In this document: in pieces, positions 1 to 10,656 of the stretch
Position numbering within the stretch: the stretch's first letter is position 1
Layout of the letters: each line of letters begins with the position of its first letter
Assembly: GCA_023254095.1 (NCBI GenBank)
Contig: JALNLM010000001.1
Span: forward strand, 32,001 to 96,000
Direction: 5' to 3'
DNA length: 64,000 nucleotides
Origin: Candidatus Geocrenenecus huangii
GTDB taxonomy: Archaea; Thermoproteota; Nitrososphaeria_A; Caldarchaeales; Wolframiiraptoraceae
Program-made: the position numbers and the translations under genes
Notes under the pieces: model-generated
Told to the model about the DNA's origin: nothing
Database searches by the model: none
What the model saw: only the letters and a program-made list of their open reading frames with translations

Positions 1-608
1 CCCAGAGTACCTATCTGACCTATTCCTCTATTCTTAGCTGTAGGGCTGACGAGCTTCGGGTCCGCACCCTCCATTGCACCTTCTTCTTCGCAATGTAATA
101 TGTCTTCATGCCATCCTAGACCAAATTTCTCAACAATGTATCTTGCACCTTCAATAGCAATCCTGTCTAAATCACTCATGGTAATACTGAAATCTTTTCT
201 CCTTGAACCTAGGCCTGAAGGAATATTCCCAAATAAGACGTTGATCAGTTCCACGATCCTTGGTCTGACGTCTTTCTCATCTAGATTGGTAACCATTAAT
301 CTAACTCCACAGTTGATATCGTAACCTACGCCTCCCGGCGATATCACACCTTCATCGTAGTCTGTTGCTGCTACTCCTCCTATTGGGAATCCATATCCTT
401 CATGTGCGTCTGGAAGAACTACGCTGTGTTTTAATACTCCTGGTAGGGTTGCAACGTTTACTCCCTGGTCCAGTGTTCTATCCATCTGCATCTTCTCCAA
501 CAATTCCTCCGAAGCAAATATCGTTACAGGGATTCTCATATCGTTTCTATAGCTTTCCGGTATCTTCCAGATGTATTGATCTATTTTTTGGATAGGTATT
601 CTAGGCAT
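1..608 (-). CDS. rtcB: RNA-splicing ligase RtcB (5' part; runs off window start)
   Basis: Not in ORF track. Manual translation from ATG 608: MPRIPIQKIDQYIWKIP...VVLPDAHEGYGFPIGGVAA...SPGGVGYDINCGVRL...QIGTLG; hallmark RtcB motifs, no intein at the GYDINC site. Confidence 0.96.
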   Translation of the reverse strand, partial: MPRIPIQKIDQYIWKIPESYRNDMRIPVTIFASEELLEKMQMDRTLDQGVNVATLPGVLKHSVVLPDAHEGYGFPIGGVAATDYDEGVISPGGVGYDINCGVRLMVTNLDEKDVRPRIVELINVLFGNIPSGLGSRRKDFSITMSDLDRIAIEGARYIVEKFGLGWHEDILHCEEEGAMEGADPKLVSPTAKNRGIGQIGTL

Positions 609-769
609 CTCAGACCCACATTCATGAAGGGTGGAGGCTTTATTTAATCTATTGGTTCTTACATCGAGTATGTTAAAGCTCCTATCTATACTTCTGAAAA
701 TTTCCTAAAGCCTCAAGGTCTGAATAGAATAGTTCATCTTAAGCGTCTCTAATAATAGATTTAAACTAT

Positions 770-3700
770 CTATTGTCCTTCTCGCTCAAGCTGTTTTCGA
801 CTAATGATGTATAAGAGATAAGCTGCTCTAGCTTCGTTTTCAACGAATTCTATTAATTGACGTGAACGTATTTTCGAGATGTATTCTATAAGTTTTATGC
901 CTGGAACTATCCTTTTAGCGTCATCCAATATCTTCATTATCTCTCCTATACTAGATACATGCAAACCGAGGACCTTCTTAGCATCTTCCAATTCTATTGA
1001 GTATCCCAACGCCCTAAATACTAATTCATGAGAATCAATAAGCAAGCCTGCGGATTCTAATCCTTTAATCAACGTCTTCAGACTCTTTAATCCAGCAGAG
1101 TCAAGATAACTGTACAATAAATTGATGTTATATGTTACTAAATTGAATCCCTCATCTATTAGCTTTGAGAGATTTTCCTGGAGTTTGAGATAATCTTGGC
1201 CTGGCTTGCCGAGTTCTGTGACCCCACAGCAGCTAGAATATTCCTCGCCATCATACATCGATAGAGCGTAAATACCTGAGTTGAAATCCTCTCTAAGCTG
1301 GAGATAAAGAGCTTGGATAGACGCTATCTTAAGGCTCCTGGACGGTTTAGGGACCTCTAATGTCTTGCCCATGAATTCAAAGATTATCCTTTCTCTTCTC
1401 CTAATATAATCGAGAGCCCGTAAAGCATATTCTTTAGCTATCTCCCAGTCCAGTTTAAGAGATATGAACGCCGAGTAAGAATATTCATCCAATTCTTCGA
1501 GAAGTATTTCATCGATCTCGTCTGGTGTATAGTTTTGAACCCCTCTATAGACTTCAGTCCAATCCAGTTTCTCCAGCAATCCAGCACTCTCGGGTTCGTG
1601 AAGAGCTATGAATTTTCTTTCTCCCAGCCTGATAACGCTATACATTATCGTTTCAAGAGGTACGCCGAACATTCTTCTCAAGACTATCATAATATACGCT
1701 AAGCCTAACTTAAGTAGCTCCGGATCTTCTTCTAAACCAACTTCGATCACTTTTCCATAAGTGTAGTCTTCGTATTTTCCGTAGGTTGGAGCGGCTACAA
1801 CTATGGGTCTTTTATCTCTATAGAATAGTGTTTCATCGTTTCTTCTTATCATTTTCTTCCTCTCACCTATGACAACCCATTCAACTCTATTGGGTATTTT
1901 GACGTATTTGCCGAACCCTTCCATTGGTGGATGGACGACGCAGAATACCCTTGAATGCAGTCTACCCAATACGTAGTCCCTCCATATGTTAGGTTCTTCC
2001 CCCCAGCTTTCTTTTATCCTGTCATATTCTTCTAGGGCGTATGCTGTTCCTTCGTATCTCCTCAGGATCCTCTCTCTTAATGGTTCGACTATGACCGATG
2101 TAACAGTTCTGCCTCCTCCAAGTCTATGATTCGTTACTATACTGTCGCTGGTATAGTCTATGGAGCCCGGCTGGAATTTTTCAACAAGGTCGCAATGACT
2201 GATGTCTTCAAGCCTAGAAGTCGTCCCGTCTTCATTTATCTTTATCCTCTTTATACCATATGGCGGGGCATATTCATAGAAATTCATCTGTCTCCAAACT
2301 CTCTTCCCGGCTCTAGTTACTTCTACTCCGTCGAGGAGTCCCAGGTTTTTCAGGAATTCCAATTCTTCTCTAGTCAAATCTTTTCTCATGAATGGAGATT
2401 GGACTTTCGATAATGCTTCAAAAAGCATTGAATACTTGTTTTCAGGATTTACAACTATTTTTTCGAGAAACATGTTAAGCCATTTTTCTACAGTTTTTGC
2501 ACCTCTTGAGAGCAGGTCGTAATCCCATGATCCTTGAGGGATTATAACGGTCTCTGTAAATTCAGTTCCCTTTCTCCTACCTTTCCTTCCTTCTCTTTGA
2601 TAAAATTCTCTTATTGTATCAGGTAAACCTATGTGTACAACTCTCAGTACCTCTCCAATATCTATTCCTTGCGATAAGGTTCTAGGAGATACGAGGATTT
2701 TTATAAGCCCAGACCTTACCGCGTCCTCGATCTCTCTTCTTGTCTCTCTAGATACTAGGTGATGGTGAGAGGCAACTCGTTCCCTCCTCCCAGTCCTCTC
2801 AATAATTCTTCTAGACAGCTCTTCCGCTTTCTCAATGCTCCTAGTGAAGACTAACGTAACTGCTTCATCGAATACATATTCTGACAGAATCTCAGCCGGG
2901 TCCGACCATGGCTCAGGGGCGGCCACACCTACATATCTTAGAGCATCCCAAACTCTGTAGACGTTCTGCTGGAAGAGCTTAAACTCTTCAAGTGATCTTA
3001 GTATGTCTTCTCCTACTCCTGCTTCTTCTAGTCTATCTTTGAATTTTCTAGCTTCCTCCCACAACCTCATAAGGTTCTTACCTAAAACGATGTATACTCT
3101 ATTCTTTGCCTTGAAAGCTTTTCCTGAAATAATTCTTGTTTTTCTACCGTTTATCCTTGTAAGATATTCAGCTACTTCCTCAGGATTTCCAAGCATAGCT
3201 GTCATGAAGGCAAACTGAATATTGTTTCCAGTAACCCTTACAAGTATCTTCAACATCGAGAACAGCAACGAAATCTCTCTCGGACCATAAAAATCAAAAT
3301 CGTCAATAACTATCAACCCCATTTTCTCGAAGAATGGGGAAAGCAGTCCATCACGTTGTAGAGAAATCTTCTTAACTTCATTAAGTAGAAATGCCGGATT
3401 CGTGACGATGAGGTCTGATTCAGAGATCATTTTTCTAACATTCTTTAATCCTTGCCTGGAAATCAGTTCTTGCTTCTTGGCAGCATCGAGGACCATTATC
3501 TTCATGTCTAAGTCTAGACAATATTGGTTGAGCCTATTCAACTGGTCGTAAGCTAATGCCAGAGTAGGGTAAACAGATAACGTTTTACTCTTCCCCTCAA
3601 CAGTGTATAAGAACCAGGCTTCAGTCTTCCCTGAGCCTGTTCCAGACTTCAATATTATATTCGACCCCTCTCTCAAAGCGTTAAGAGATTCCAGTTGATG

Positions 3701-3883
3701 TCTATAGAGCTTCTTACCGATTAATTCTCTTGTTTTCCTGGTTGAGCCATCCTTTAATCTTGGGATAAGATCTTCGAACGATTCCTTAACATACTCTGGA
3801 GACTCCTCTGGCTGGTCGAAGAAATAGTAGCTGTATCCTAGCATGTCTAATAGGCTTCCAGTCTCAATTCTCGGTTTCGCCAT
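770..3883 (-). CDS. SF2 helicase, Hrq1/SftH/MrfA-like, with C-terminal extension
   Basis: LYRHQ Q-motif, SGTGSGKT, YPTLALAYDQ, TNP, motif II DDFD, SQGIDIG, QREGRKGR; 1037 aa. Confidence 0.85.
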   Translation of the reverse strand: MAKPRIETGSLLDMLGYSYYFFDQPEESPEYVKESFEDLIPRLKDGSTRKTRELIGKKLYRHQLESLNALREGSNIILKSGTGSGKTEAWFLYTVEGKSKTLSVYPTLALAYDQLNRLNQYCLDLDMKIMVLDAAKKQELISRQGLKNVRKMISESDLIVTNPAFLLNEVKKISLQRDGLLSPFFEKMGLIVIDDFDFYGPREISLLFSMLKILVRVTGNNIQFAFMTAMLGNPEEVAEYLTRINGRKTRIISGKAFKAKNRVYIVLGKNLMRLWEEARKFKDRLEEAGVGEDILRSLEEFKLFQQNVYRVWDALRYVGVAAPEPWSDPAEILSEYVFDEAVTLVFTRSIEKAEELSRRIIERTGRRERVASHHHLVSRETRREIEDAVRSGLIKILVSPRTLSQGIDIGEVLRVVHIGLPDTIREFYQREGRKGRRKGTEFTETVIIPQGSWDYDLLSRGAKTVEKWLNMFLEKIVVNPENKYSMLFEALSKVQSPFMRKDLTREELEFLKNLGLLDGVEVTRAGKRVWRQMNFYEYAPPYGIKRIKINEDGTTSRLEDISHCDLVEKFQPGSIDYTSDSIVTNHRLGGGRTVTSVIVEPLRERILRRYEGTAYALEEYDRIKESWGEEPNIWRDYVLGRLHSRVFCVVHPPMEGFGKYVKIPNRVEWVVIGERKKMIRRNDETLFYRDKRPIVVAAPTYGKYEDYTYGKVIEVGLEEDPELLKLGLAYIMIVLRRMFGVPLETIMYSVIRLGERKFIALHEPESAGLLEKLDWTEVYRGVQNYTPDEIDEILLEELDEYSYSAFISLKLDWEIAKEYALRALDYIRRRERIIFEFMGKTLEVPKPSRSLKIASIQALYLQLREDFNSGIYALSMYDGEEYSSCCGVTELGKPGQDYLKLQENLSKLIDEGFNLVTYNINLLYSYLDSAGLKSLKTLIKGLESAGLLIDSHELVFRALGYSIELEDAKKVLGLHVSSIGEIMKILDDAKRIVPGIKLIEYISKIRSRQLIEFVENEARAAYLLYIISRKQLEREGQ

Positions 3884-3969
3884 CTAGATTACTAGATATA
3901 TCATCCCAATATAAAAGTAAGATTCATGAAACAAAATCGTTTATAAGATTCTGTGACTAAACCTCCTAC

Positions 3970-4734
3970 GTGATGAAGATTAGAATTGGATGCTGCGGAT
4001 GGTGTGTTAAAGGTGGTAAGAAAGAATATTGTAGGATGTTTGAAACAGTAGAAGTCCAAGAAACATTCTATAGACTTCCCAGAGTTGAAACTGCTAGAAG
4101 ATGGAGGGATGAAATGCATCCGGAATTTATTTTTAATATGAAGGCATGGCAGGTCATTACTCATCCGCCGAGTAGCCCAACTTGGAGAAGAAGCGGATTA
4201 AGAATATCTGGCTCTAAAAGTAATAGGTATGGTTTTCTCCAGCCTACCGAAGAGAATCTTAAAGCTTGGGAGAAAACGTTAGAGGTAGCAGAAGCCATAA
4301 ATGCTAATGTTATAGTTGTGCAGACTCCTGCATCTTTTAACTATAGTAGGGAAAATATTGAGAATATTGGAGGATTCTTCTCTACGATTAGGAGAGGCGG
4401 GAGCCACATTGGTTGGGAGCCTAGAGGAGATTGGAGAGAACACTTGGACGAGGTTAGAAACATTTGTATGAGGCAAGACATCCTACACATCTCCGACCCA
4501 TTTAGATGTAATAATGTCTCCGCACATAATATTAGGTATTTCAGACTACATGGAATAGGGGGTAAAGAAGTAAATTACTCATATAGGTATACTGCTGATG
4601 ACTTTAAAAGGTTGGTCGACCTACTCAAGGCGGAAAAAGATAGGGGCGTGGAGGAAGTATTCTTAATGTTTAACAATGTTTCCATGATGGAGGATGCAAT
4701 GAAATTTAAGATATTTCTCTCAAGCTATTTTTGA
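3970..4734 (+). CDS. DUF72 (YecE-like) protein
   Basis: IRIGCCGW, VEVQETFY, KAWQVITH, QTPASF, WEPRG, YFRLHG, FNN motifs; start GTG 3970 or ATG 3973. Confidence 0.9.
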   Translation: MMKIRIGCCGWCVKGGKKEYCRMFETVEVQETFYRLPRVETARRWRDEMHPEFIFNMKAWQVITHPPSSPTWRRSGLRISGSKSNRYGFLQPTEENLKAWEKTLEVAEAINANVIVVQTPASFNYSRENIENIGGFFSTIRRGGSHIGWEPRGDWREHLDEVRNICMRQDILHISDPFRCNNVSAHNIRYFRLHGIGGKEVNYSYRYTADDFKRLVDLLKAEKDRGVEEVFLMFNNVSMMEDAMKFKIFLSSYF

Positions 4735-5465
4735 GCTTTTAGGATTATAGCGGAGCCCATGAGTTTCTCAACTATCATGACTTGGTGAAAATATCTTCGG
4801 TAAATCTTTACTAGCTGACTGGTCACCGGGTAGGATTTCAAAGTTTTCATGATCTTTATGCTTTCCAGCCCTCTAGTCCCGAGTCTGAGGAAAGCGTGAA
4901 GGGGGGCAATAACAATCCAGTAGAAACTTATCAAACATCTCTTTAGAAGATTGTCAGGCTTACCTAAATCTACTACTATTAGCCTCCCCGATTTTCTCAA
5001 CACATTACTGACCTCGGCCAATGCTTTTTCTAAATCTCTTGCATCACGTAGCGAGAAAGCTGCTAGAACATGATCGAACAAGGAGCCTCTGAAAGGAAGA
5101 TACTCGAATACTCCCTGAACCTTTTCTACATTCGGAGTCTTTCTAGCTTTACTCAGCATCTCCGAGAGAACATCCAGCATTATTATCAATTCGATGCCAG
5201 GATATTCATTACATGCTACTTCGGTAAAAGAGCCGTCTCCAGCCCCAAGGTCCAGCACCATCTTCGGTTTATCCGATAAATCCTTTACCGCCTCCCTTCT
5301 AATCTCGACATCTTTTCCAAATGATAAAACCCTGTTCAATTCTCTATAGTAGCCTGAGATCTTAGAGAGTGTGTCGACTATATCTGACCATTCCTTTCCA
5401 AGTCCAATAATATTTGGATAAGGTATTAATTTACTCTGGGTTGAATTTTTCGATGCTTTTTTCAT
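4725..5465 (-). CDS. UbiE/MenG-family SAM-dependent methyltransferase
   Basis: YRELNRVLSFG, VLDLGAGDG, LPF, FSLRD motifs. Confidence 0.8.
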   Translation of the reverse strand: MKKASKNSTQSKLIPYPNIIGLGKEWSDIVDTLSKISGYYRELNRVLSFGKDVEIRREAVKDLSDKPKMVLDLGAGDGSFTEVACNEYPGIELIIMLDVLSEMLSKARKTPNVEKVQGVFEYLPFRGSLFDHVLAAFSLRDARDLEKALAEVSNVLRKSGRLIVVDLGKPDNLLKRCLISFYWIVIAPLHAFLRLGTRGLESIKIMKTLKSYPVTSQLVKIYRRYFHQVMIVEKLMGSAIILKAQK

Positions 5466-5568
5466 TCAGCATCTAAGAATCTTATCTAACATGATAATAT
5501 AAACTATAAGAAGTGAAGGCGTTAAGAATTCTTATATGTACAATATTGACTTGTAAACTGGAAGTGCT

Positions 5569-5850
5569 TTAAGAAAATATGGCATGTTGATCGACGTTGA
5601 TGAATGTTATGGTCCCATGCCTCACGTAATTACATGCTCAGCAGAAAATAATGCTCAACTCGTAAAATTCAGAACCCGGGTAGAATACGGTGGAAAAGAC
5701 TCAATGAAACAAGAATTTTCCTCTCCAAGCAATGTAACATGTGTTCCATCTTGCCCTGGAGGTTGACATCTACTCTACCTGATCTATCCGCAAAGCCGAA
5801 ATAACAGACTAGACATATTGGACGTAAAGCCCCTTATCGAGAGACTGGTA
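5569..5850 (+). pseudogene. decayed 4Fe-4S subunit of NrfC/PsrB/DmsB type
   Basis: RKYGMLIDVDECYGPMPHVITCSAENNAQLVKFRTRVEY, then after a frameshift RIFLSKQCNMCSILPW; resembles YGMxIDxxxCxGCxACxxACxxEN...FRTxV...FxPxQCNHCxxPPC with lost cysteines; 3' end approximate. Confidence 0.7.
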
Positions 5851-5863
5851 AGTGATGAGACCT

Positions 5864-6874
5864 CTATATCATTCTCTTCTCTGAACTATGTCCAGGGAAG
5901 ATGCTGGATCGCGGATCAATATAGTTCTTAGCCATATTGACTGCTATCGCAGCTTGGGCAAATCCTATAACTATTAGATTTAGCTTTATAGAGTCTACTG
6001 GGTATGCGATATCTCCTGCAGCATAGACTCCCGGGAGATTCGTCTCCATTCTTCCATTCACCTTGATATGATTATTGATCATCTCTAACCCCCATCTCCT
6101 GAATATTGATGAATCGATCTCATATCCAAGCTGTAATATTAATGCATCTACCTTGAATTTCGCCTCTTCCCCAGTCTTATTATTGAAAATTAGGACAGAT
6201 TCAAGTTTATCATGTCCGTAAGCTTCCCTCACCTCATAAGGAACCATAATCTTTACTGGTGAATGAAATAATTCTAGAACACTCCCTTCATGTGCTCTAA
6301 ACTCAGTCCTCCTATGAATGAGTACAACTTGACTCGCAATATCTTTTAACTCTAAAGCCCAGTCTACTGCTGAGTCCCCTCCTCCAACTATCATCACGTG
6401 TTTTCCTTGAAACTGCCACTTATCTCTTACCTGATAATACACCCCCTTGCCCTCAAGCCTATTTACGGATGGGTTATCGAGCTTTCTAGGCTTGAAGAAA
6501 CCTCTTCCTCCACAAATCAATACTGTCCTGGTATAATGTATATTCTTGTCTGTTTTCAACCTGATTATCCTATCGTCTAAGTAAGATAATTCTTCAACAC
6601 GTTCTCCAAGTACTCTCGTCACGTTATATGAAAAGGCTTGATATTCTAACTGCCTGACAAGATCCTTTGCGAGGATTTTCGGAAAGCCGGGCACATCATA
6701 GATATATTTATCGGGATACAATACGGTAAGTTGTCCTCCCACATTATTGAGCGCTTCTATAATCTTCGTCTTCATGCTCCTCATACCCGAAGCATAGAAA
6801 GCAGCAAATAATCCAGTAGGACCAGCCCCGATAATAGTGATATCGTAAACATCTTCTATTGTATTATTAGACAT
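5864..6874 (-). CDS. ferredoxin-NADP+ reductase, TrxB-like (YumC type)
   Basis: GAGPTG, GGQLTVLYPDKYIYDVPGFP, GGGDSAVDWA, HRR, AGD, C-terminal GHSS, no CxxC; likely start ATG 6874 (ORF-track extension overlaps the CBS gene). Confidence 0.9.
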   Translation of the reverse strand: MSNNTIEDVYDITIIGAGPTGLFAAFYASGMRSMKTKIIEALNNVGGQLTVLYPDKYIYDVPGFPKILAKDLVRQLEYQAFSYNVTRVLGERVEELSYLDDRIIRLKTDKNIHYTRTVLICGGRGFFKPRKLDNPSVNRLEGKGVYYQVRDKWQFQGKHVMIVGGGDSAVDWALELKDIASQVVLIHRRTEFRAHEGSVLELFHSPVKIMVPYEVREAYGHDKLESVLIFNNKTGEEAKFKVDALILQLGYEIDSSIFRRWGLEMINNHIKVNGRMETNLPGVYAAGDIAYPVDSIKLNLIVIGFAQAAIAVNMAKNYIDPRSSIFPGHSSEKRMI

Positions 6875-6992
6875 CCTAGAAATCTTATCCTTCCTTGGAA
6901 TATAAGCATTATTCGCTTTATCATAGACGGAATATTTCAGAGTGGCTAAATCGTGAAAAGTTAAATAAACTGTGAGAAAATATCTTAGTAAT

Positions 6993-7388
6993 ATGAGTGG
7001 TCTGACTTCTGTAAAGGTATCGGACATAATGAGTAAGTATATCCTAACGATCCCTCCAGATCTATCTCTGAAAGAAGTAGCAGAGAAGATGTTAGAGAAA
7101 AATGTGGGAAGCGCCATAGTGGTGGATGAATCTAGAAAGTGTTTAGGGATAATAACTGAGAGAGATTTTTTGAGATTGTTTAAAGAAGGAGTAAACCGTT
7201 TCAGTCCAGTTAAAGAACATATGAAGATAAATCCTATCATGATAAGAGAAGATAAAAGCCTAAATGAAGCAAGAAATATAATGATCACACATCAAATCAG
7301 GCACTTACCAGTAATAGATTACGATGAGCGCGTGGTTGGAATCCTATCTTTCAGAGATATCTTTGAGAGGATAGAAAAGATAATCTAG
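6993..7388 (+). CDS. stand-alone CBS-pair protein
   Basis: Two CBS repeats (GSAIVVD...GIITERD; RHLPVID...GILSFRD). Confidence 0.9.
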   Translation: MSGLTSVKVSDIMSKYILTIPPDLSLKEVAEKMLEKNVGSAIVVDESRKCLGIITERDFLRLFKEGVNRFSPVKEHMKINPIMIREDKSLNEARNIMITHQIRHLPVIDYDERVVGILSFRDIFERIEKII

Positions 7389-7845
7389 GGATACTTTATA
7401 GTATTTTACTAGAATATTACATACGATATATCTCTCAGGACTAGGTGTGCTCCCTAAATCGAAAGACCATATAAGAGGCAAGAAAATCTAAAAAATCTAA
7501 TGGGCATGTGGGTTTCCTAAATATGGTTGAAGAGAGAAAAGGGGAAGTCCCAATGAGAACACAACCTTTTCAAATGATTCGCATTGTTAATGGAAGATTA
7601 CTCCAAGACTGTTAATCTTAGGGATTCATCTTCAAAGAGTGTAGCTTGCTCGCTAGTTTCGCACGCGAATGGACGTAGTGCGCTCCAGACTTCTTATCGA
7701 ATTCTTCAATGACCTCTTTTCTCCATAATATTACGCTGGTTTCCAAGACTTATTACGAAACTTGAAGGCCTGCCCCATATCCAAATATACATGTATCTTA
7801 GAACCCTCTATCATTTACCTATCAGGAACCACGGGTTCGGGAAGT

Positions 7846-10023
7846 CTATGAAATGTATGCCATGGATTTTTTAAATTCAGTCAGGATCCTTTCGTACTCG
7901 CGTTTCTGTTCAGGCGTTATGCTAGGCTTAATCTTCTCAAGAGCCAATAGGAAATGTCTCATGGATATCTTCTCTATGTTGATGTTCTCACGCATAGCGA
8001 TGATGGCCGCTTCCCTGCATACTGCCTCGATGTCCGCTCCCGTGTATCCCTCCGTCATTGCTGCAAGCTTACTTAAGTCGACGTCATCCGCCAGCGGCAT
8101 CTCACGAGTGTGTATCTGGAATATCTGATATCTTCCATCAGCATCTGGCGGTGGAACGAATATAACTCTATCGAATCTTCCAGGTCTAAGTAGTGCTGGG
8201 TCGAGTATGTCAGGTCTATTCGAGGCCCCTATGACTACGACGCCTTTCAGCGTCTGGATTCCATCCATCTCTGTAAGTAGCTGGTTAACGATTCTATCCG
8301 TCACGCCTGCATCTGCGTGTAAGCCTCTCCTAGGAGCGATCGCGTCAAGTTCATCGAAGAATATTATACATGGCGCGGTTTCTCTAGCTTTCCTAAATAT
8401 CTCCCTAATCGCTTTCTCGGATTCTCCAACCCACTTACTCAATACTTCAGGACCTTTTACACTGATGAAGTTAGCTTCAGACTCCGTGGCGACGGCTTTA
8501 GCGAGAAGAGTTTTGCCCGTTCCAGGCGGACCATACAATAGGATACCTCTCGGAGGTCTTATACCGAGTCTCTTAAAGACCTCGGGATACTTCAGGGGCC
8601 ATTCAACAGCTTCTTTGAGTTCCTGTTTAACAGATTGAAGGTTCCCTACATCCTCCCATTTAACGTTGGGGATCTCTAGAATTACTTCTCTAAGAGCTGA
8701 CGGCTGAATCATTCTTAGAGCGTTCGCAAAGTCTTCTCTCGTAACCTTTAGTTGTTCAAGTATCTCTGCGGGTATGACTTCCTTCTCCAGATCTATCTTC
8801 GGCAAGAATCTCCTAAGAGCGTTCATCGCCGCTTCACGGCATAATGCTGCGAGGTCTGCTCCCGTAAATCCATGAGTTATATCCGATATCTCGTCGAGGT
8901 CAACATCTTCTGAGAGAGGCATTCTACGTGTATGTATCTGTAGTATCTCTTTCCTTCCATTTCTATCCGGTACGCCAATCCTTATTTCTCTATCAAATCT
9001 TCCAGGCCGTCTTAAGGCAGGATCTATAGCTTCTATTCTATTGGTTGCTCCTATAACTATTACTTGACCTCTCCCTTTCAACCCATCCATCAATGCTAGT
9101 AGTTGTGAGACAACTCTTCTCTCAACTTCTCCTGTTACCTCGCTTCTCTTAGGAGCGATCGCGTCCAGCTCATCAATGAAGATAATGCTCGGAGCATTCT
9201 GCTCGGCTTCCTGGAAGACCTCTCTAAGCCTAGCCTCACTTTCACCATAGAATTTGCTCATGATCTCTGGTCCATTTATGGAGATGAAGTGGGCTCCTGT
9301 CTCGTTGGCTATAGCCTTCGCGATCAAGGTCTTGCCTGTTCCAGGCGGACCATAGAGTATTACGCCTTTAGGCGGATCTATGCCTAGATGTCGGAAGAGT
9401 TCCGGATGTTTCAATGGTAGTTCTATCATTTCCCTAATCCTTTGTAGCTCTTCATGCAGTCCACCTATGTCTTCGTATGTGACTCCAGTTGTCTCTTCAA
9501 GTCTCTTAACTGGAGAGGTGCTAACCTCTACAATCGTGTTCTCGGATACTATTACGGCATTTGTAGGAGATGTCGATGTTACTTTGAGCTCTATTCCCAT
9601 GCCCAATATAGGGACTACTACCGTATCTCCTTTCATTACAGGAAGATTCAGCAACTGGCTCTTCACTATTCTTGCAAAGTCTCCTACGAACGGGAGGGTC
9701 TCATATGGAGCGAGAACTATCTTCGCAGCCGGTTTAGCGTTTGCTTTAGAGATTCTCACGTATTCGCCTACTGATACACCTGCATTTCTCCTAACCTCAC
9801 CATCAATCCTCACTAGACCCATACCATCATCTTCTTTATATGGTGGCCATACGATGGCTATCGTCGTCCTCTTACCTGTAATCTCAACTAGGTCACCTGG
9901 GCTGAGATTGAGCTCTCTAAGAGCTCTACTATCGACTCTGGCTATCTTTCTCCCGATATCCCGCTGCCTAGCTTCGGCGACTCGAAGCTGAACTTCTCTC
10001 TTTCCTCCACTGTTACTCCACAT
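7846..10023 (-). CDS. cdc48: CDC48/VCP AAA+ ATPase
   Basis: N-domain plus two AAA modules (GPPGTGKT x2, DELD x2, RPGRFD x2). Confidence 0.97.
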   Translation of the reverse strand: MWSNSGGKREVQLRVAEARQRDIGRKIARVDSRALRELNLSPGDLVEITGKRTTIAIVWPPYKEDDGMGLVRIDGEVRRNAGVSVGEYVRISKANAKPAAKIVLAPYETLPFVGDFARIVKSQLLNLPVMKGDTVVVPILGMGIELKVTSTSPTNAVIVSENTIVEVSTSPVKRLEETTGVTYEDIGGLHEELQRIREMIELPLKHPELFRHLGIDPPKGVILYGPPGTGKTLIAKAIANETGAHFISINGPEIMSKFYGESEARLREVFQEAEQNAPSIIFIDELDAIAPKRSEVTGEVERRVVSQLLALMDGLKGRGQVIVIGATNRIEAIDPALRRPGRFDREIRIGVPDRNGRKEILQIHTRRMPLSEDVDLDEISDITHGFTGADLAALCREAAMNALRRFLPKIDLEKEVIPAEILEQLKVTREDFANALRMIQPSALREVILEIPNVKWEDVGNLQSVKQELKEAVEWPLKYPEVFKRLGIRPPRGILLYGPPGTGKTLLAKAVATESEANFISVKGPEVLSKWVGESEKAIREIFRKARETAPCIIFFDELDAIAPRRGLHADAGVTDRIVNQLLTEMDGIQTLKGVVVIGASNRPDILDPALLRPGRFDRVIFVPPPDADGRYQIFQIHTREMPLADDVDLSKLAAMTEGYTGADIEAVCREAAIIAMRENINIEKISMRHFLLALEKIKPSITPEQKREYERILTEFKKSMAYIS

Positions 10024-10242
10024 ACCTTTATTCTGTTATACTAGATGTCGAAACAACCATATAATGATTTTCCCTCAACATCATCTTCGACTAATACATG
10101 AGCTATTAACCTGTAAAGATATAGAGAATATAGAGACGTAAGCATTGAGATCAAGATCATTTAAAGATTTAGGCTATCTTATCCTTGTGTGTGGATTTTA
10201 TGGAAGAAGTTTAATACGAGTAGTTTATCTTCTCTAACAGAA

Positions 10243-10656
10243 TTGGGTGTAGATTTTTCAGAAGAATGGCTTAGAAACCAGCTTAGAGAATTGAATAGGG
10301 ATCTTCCTAGAGTTAGGGTTCCCCTCGCACGTCTACTTGAAATGGATAACCCGTCAGTCGAAACCGTTGGAGGAGATATCCATTACTTTGATAAAAGAGA
10401 ATTGAGAGAATTAGCAGAAATCTTGCCCAGCGAATTACATGAGAAACTAAAGCTACCGCTAGTGTTTAGGAGAAGTTTGGAGGTAGGGGAAAGCATCTAT
10501 TTTCTAGATGGGGGAGGAGCAGAAGCCGAAGTCTTGAAAAAGCTTCTAGGATTAGAATTTACACCATCCATTCAGCAGAGATACTATACGTATAAACCGG
10601 TTATCACTAAGCTGATTTCTAGATTCCCCTCTATAGTAGTTATTGGAGTCATCTAG
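10243..10656 (+). CDS. DUF61 (UPF0216) protein
   Basis: LRELNRDLP...LARLL...P...GDIHYFDKREL...LKLPL pattern; start uncertain (10189-10249). Confidence 0.75.
   Translation: MGVDFSEEWLRNQLRELNRDLPRVRVPLARLLEMDNPSVETVGGDIHYFDKRELRELAEILPSELHEKLKLPLVFRRSLEVGESIYFLDGGGAEAEVLKKLLGLEFTPSIQQRYYTYKPVITKLISRFPSIVVIGVI

Noticed and set aside
6875-7288. N-terminal extension of the 474-aa FNR ORF
   Set aside because: Antisense to the CBS gene; FNR homology starts at ATG 6874
7389-7845. 457-bp gap with a broken minus-strand frame (MIEGSKIHVYLDMGQAF...*YYGEKEVIEEFDK)
   Set aside because: Possibly a decayed gene, but no recognisable family or RNA motif
7853-9991. Long antisense ORFs over cdc48 (similar ones over rgy, liv genes, the SLC13 permease and polC)
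   Set aside because: Shadow ORFs of well-supported genes on the opposite strand
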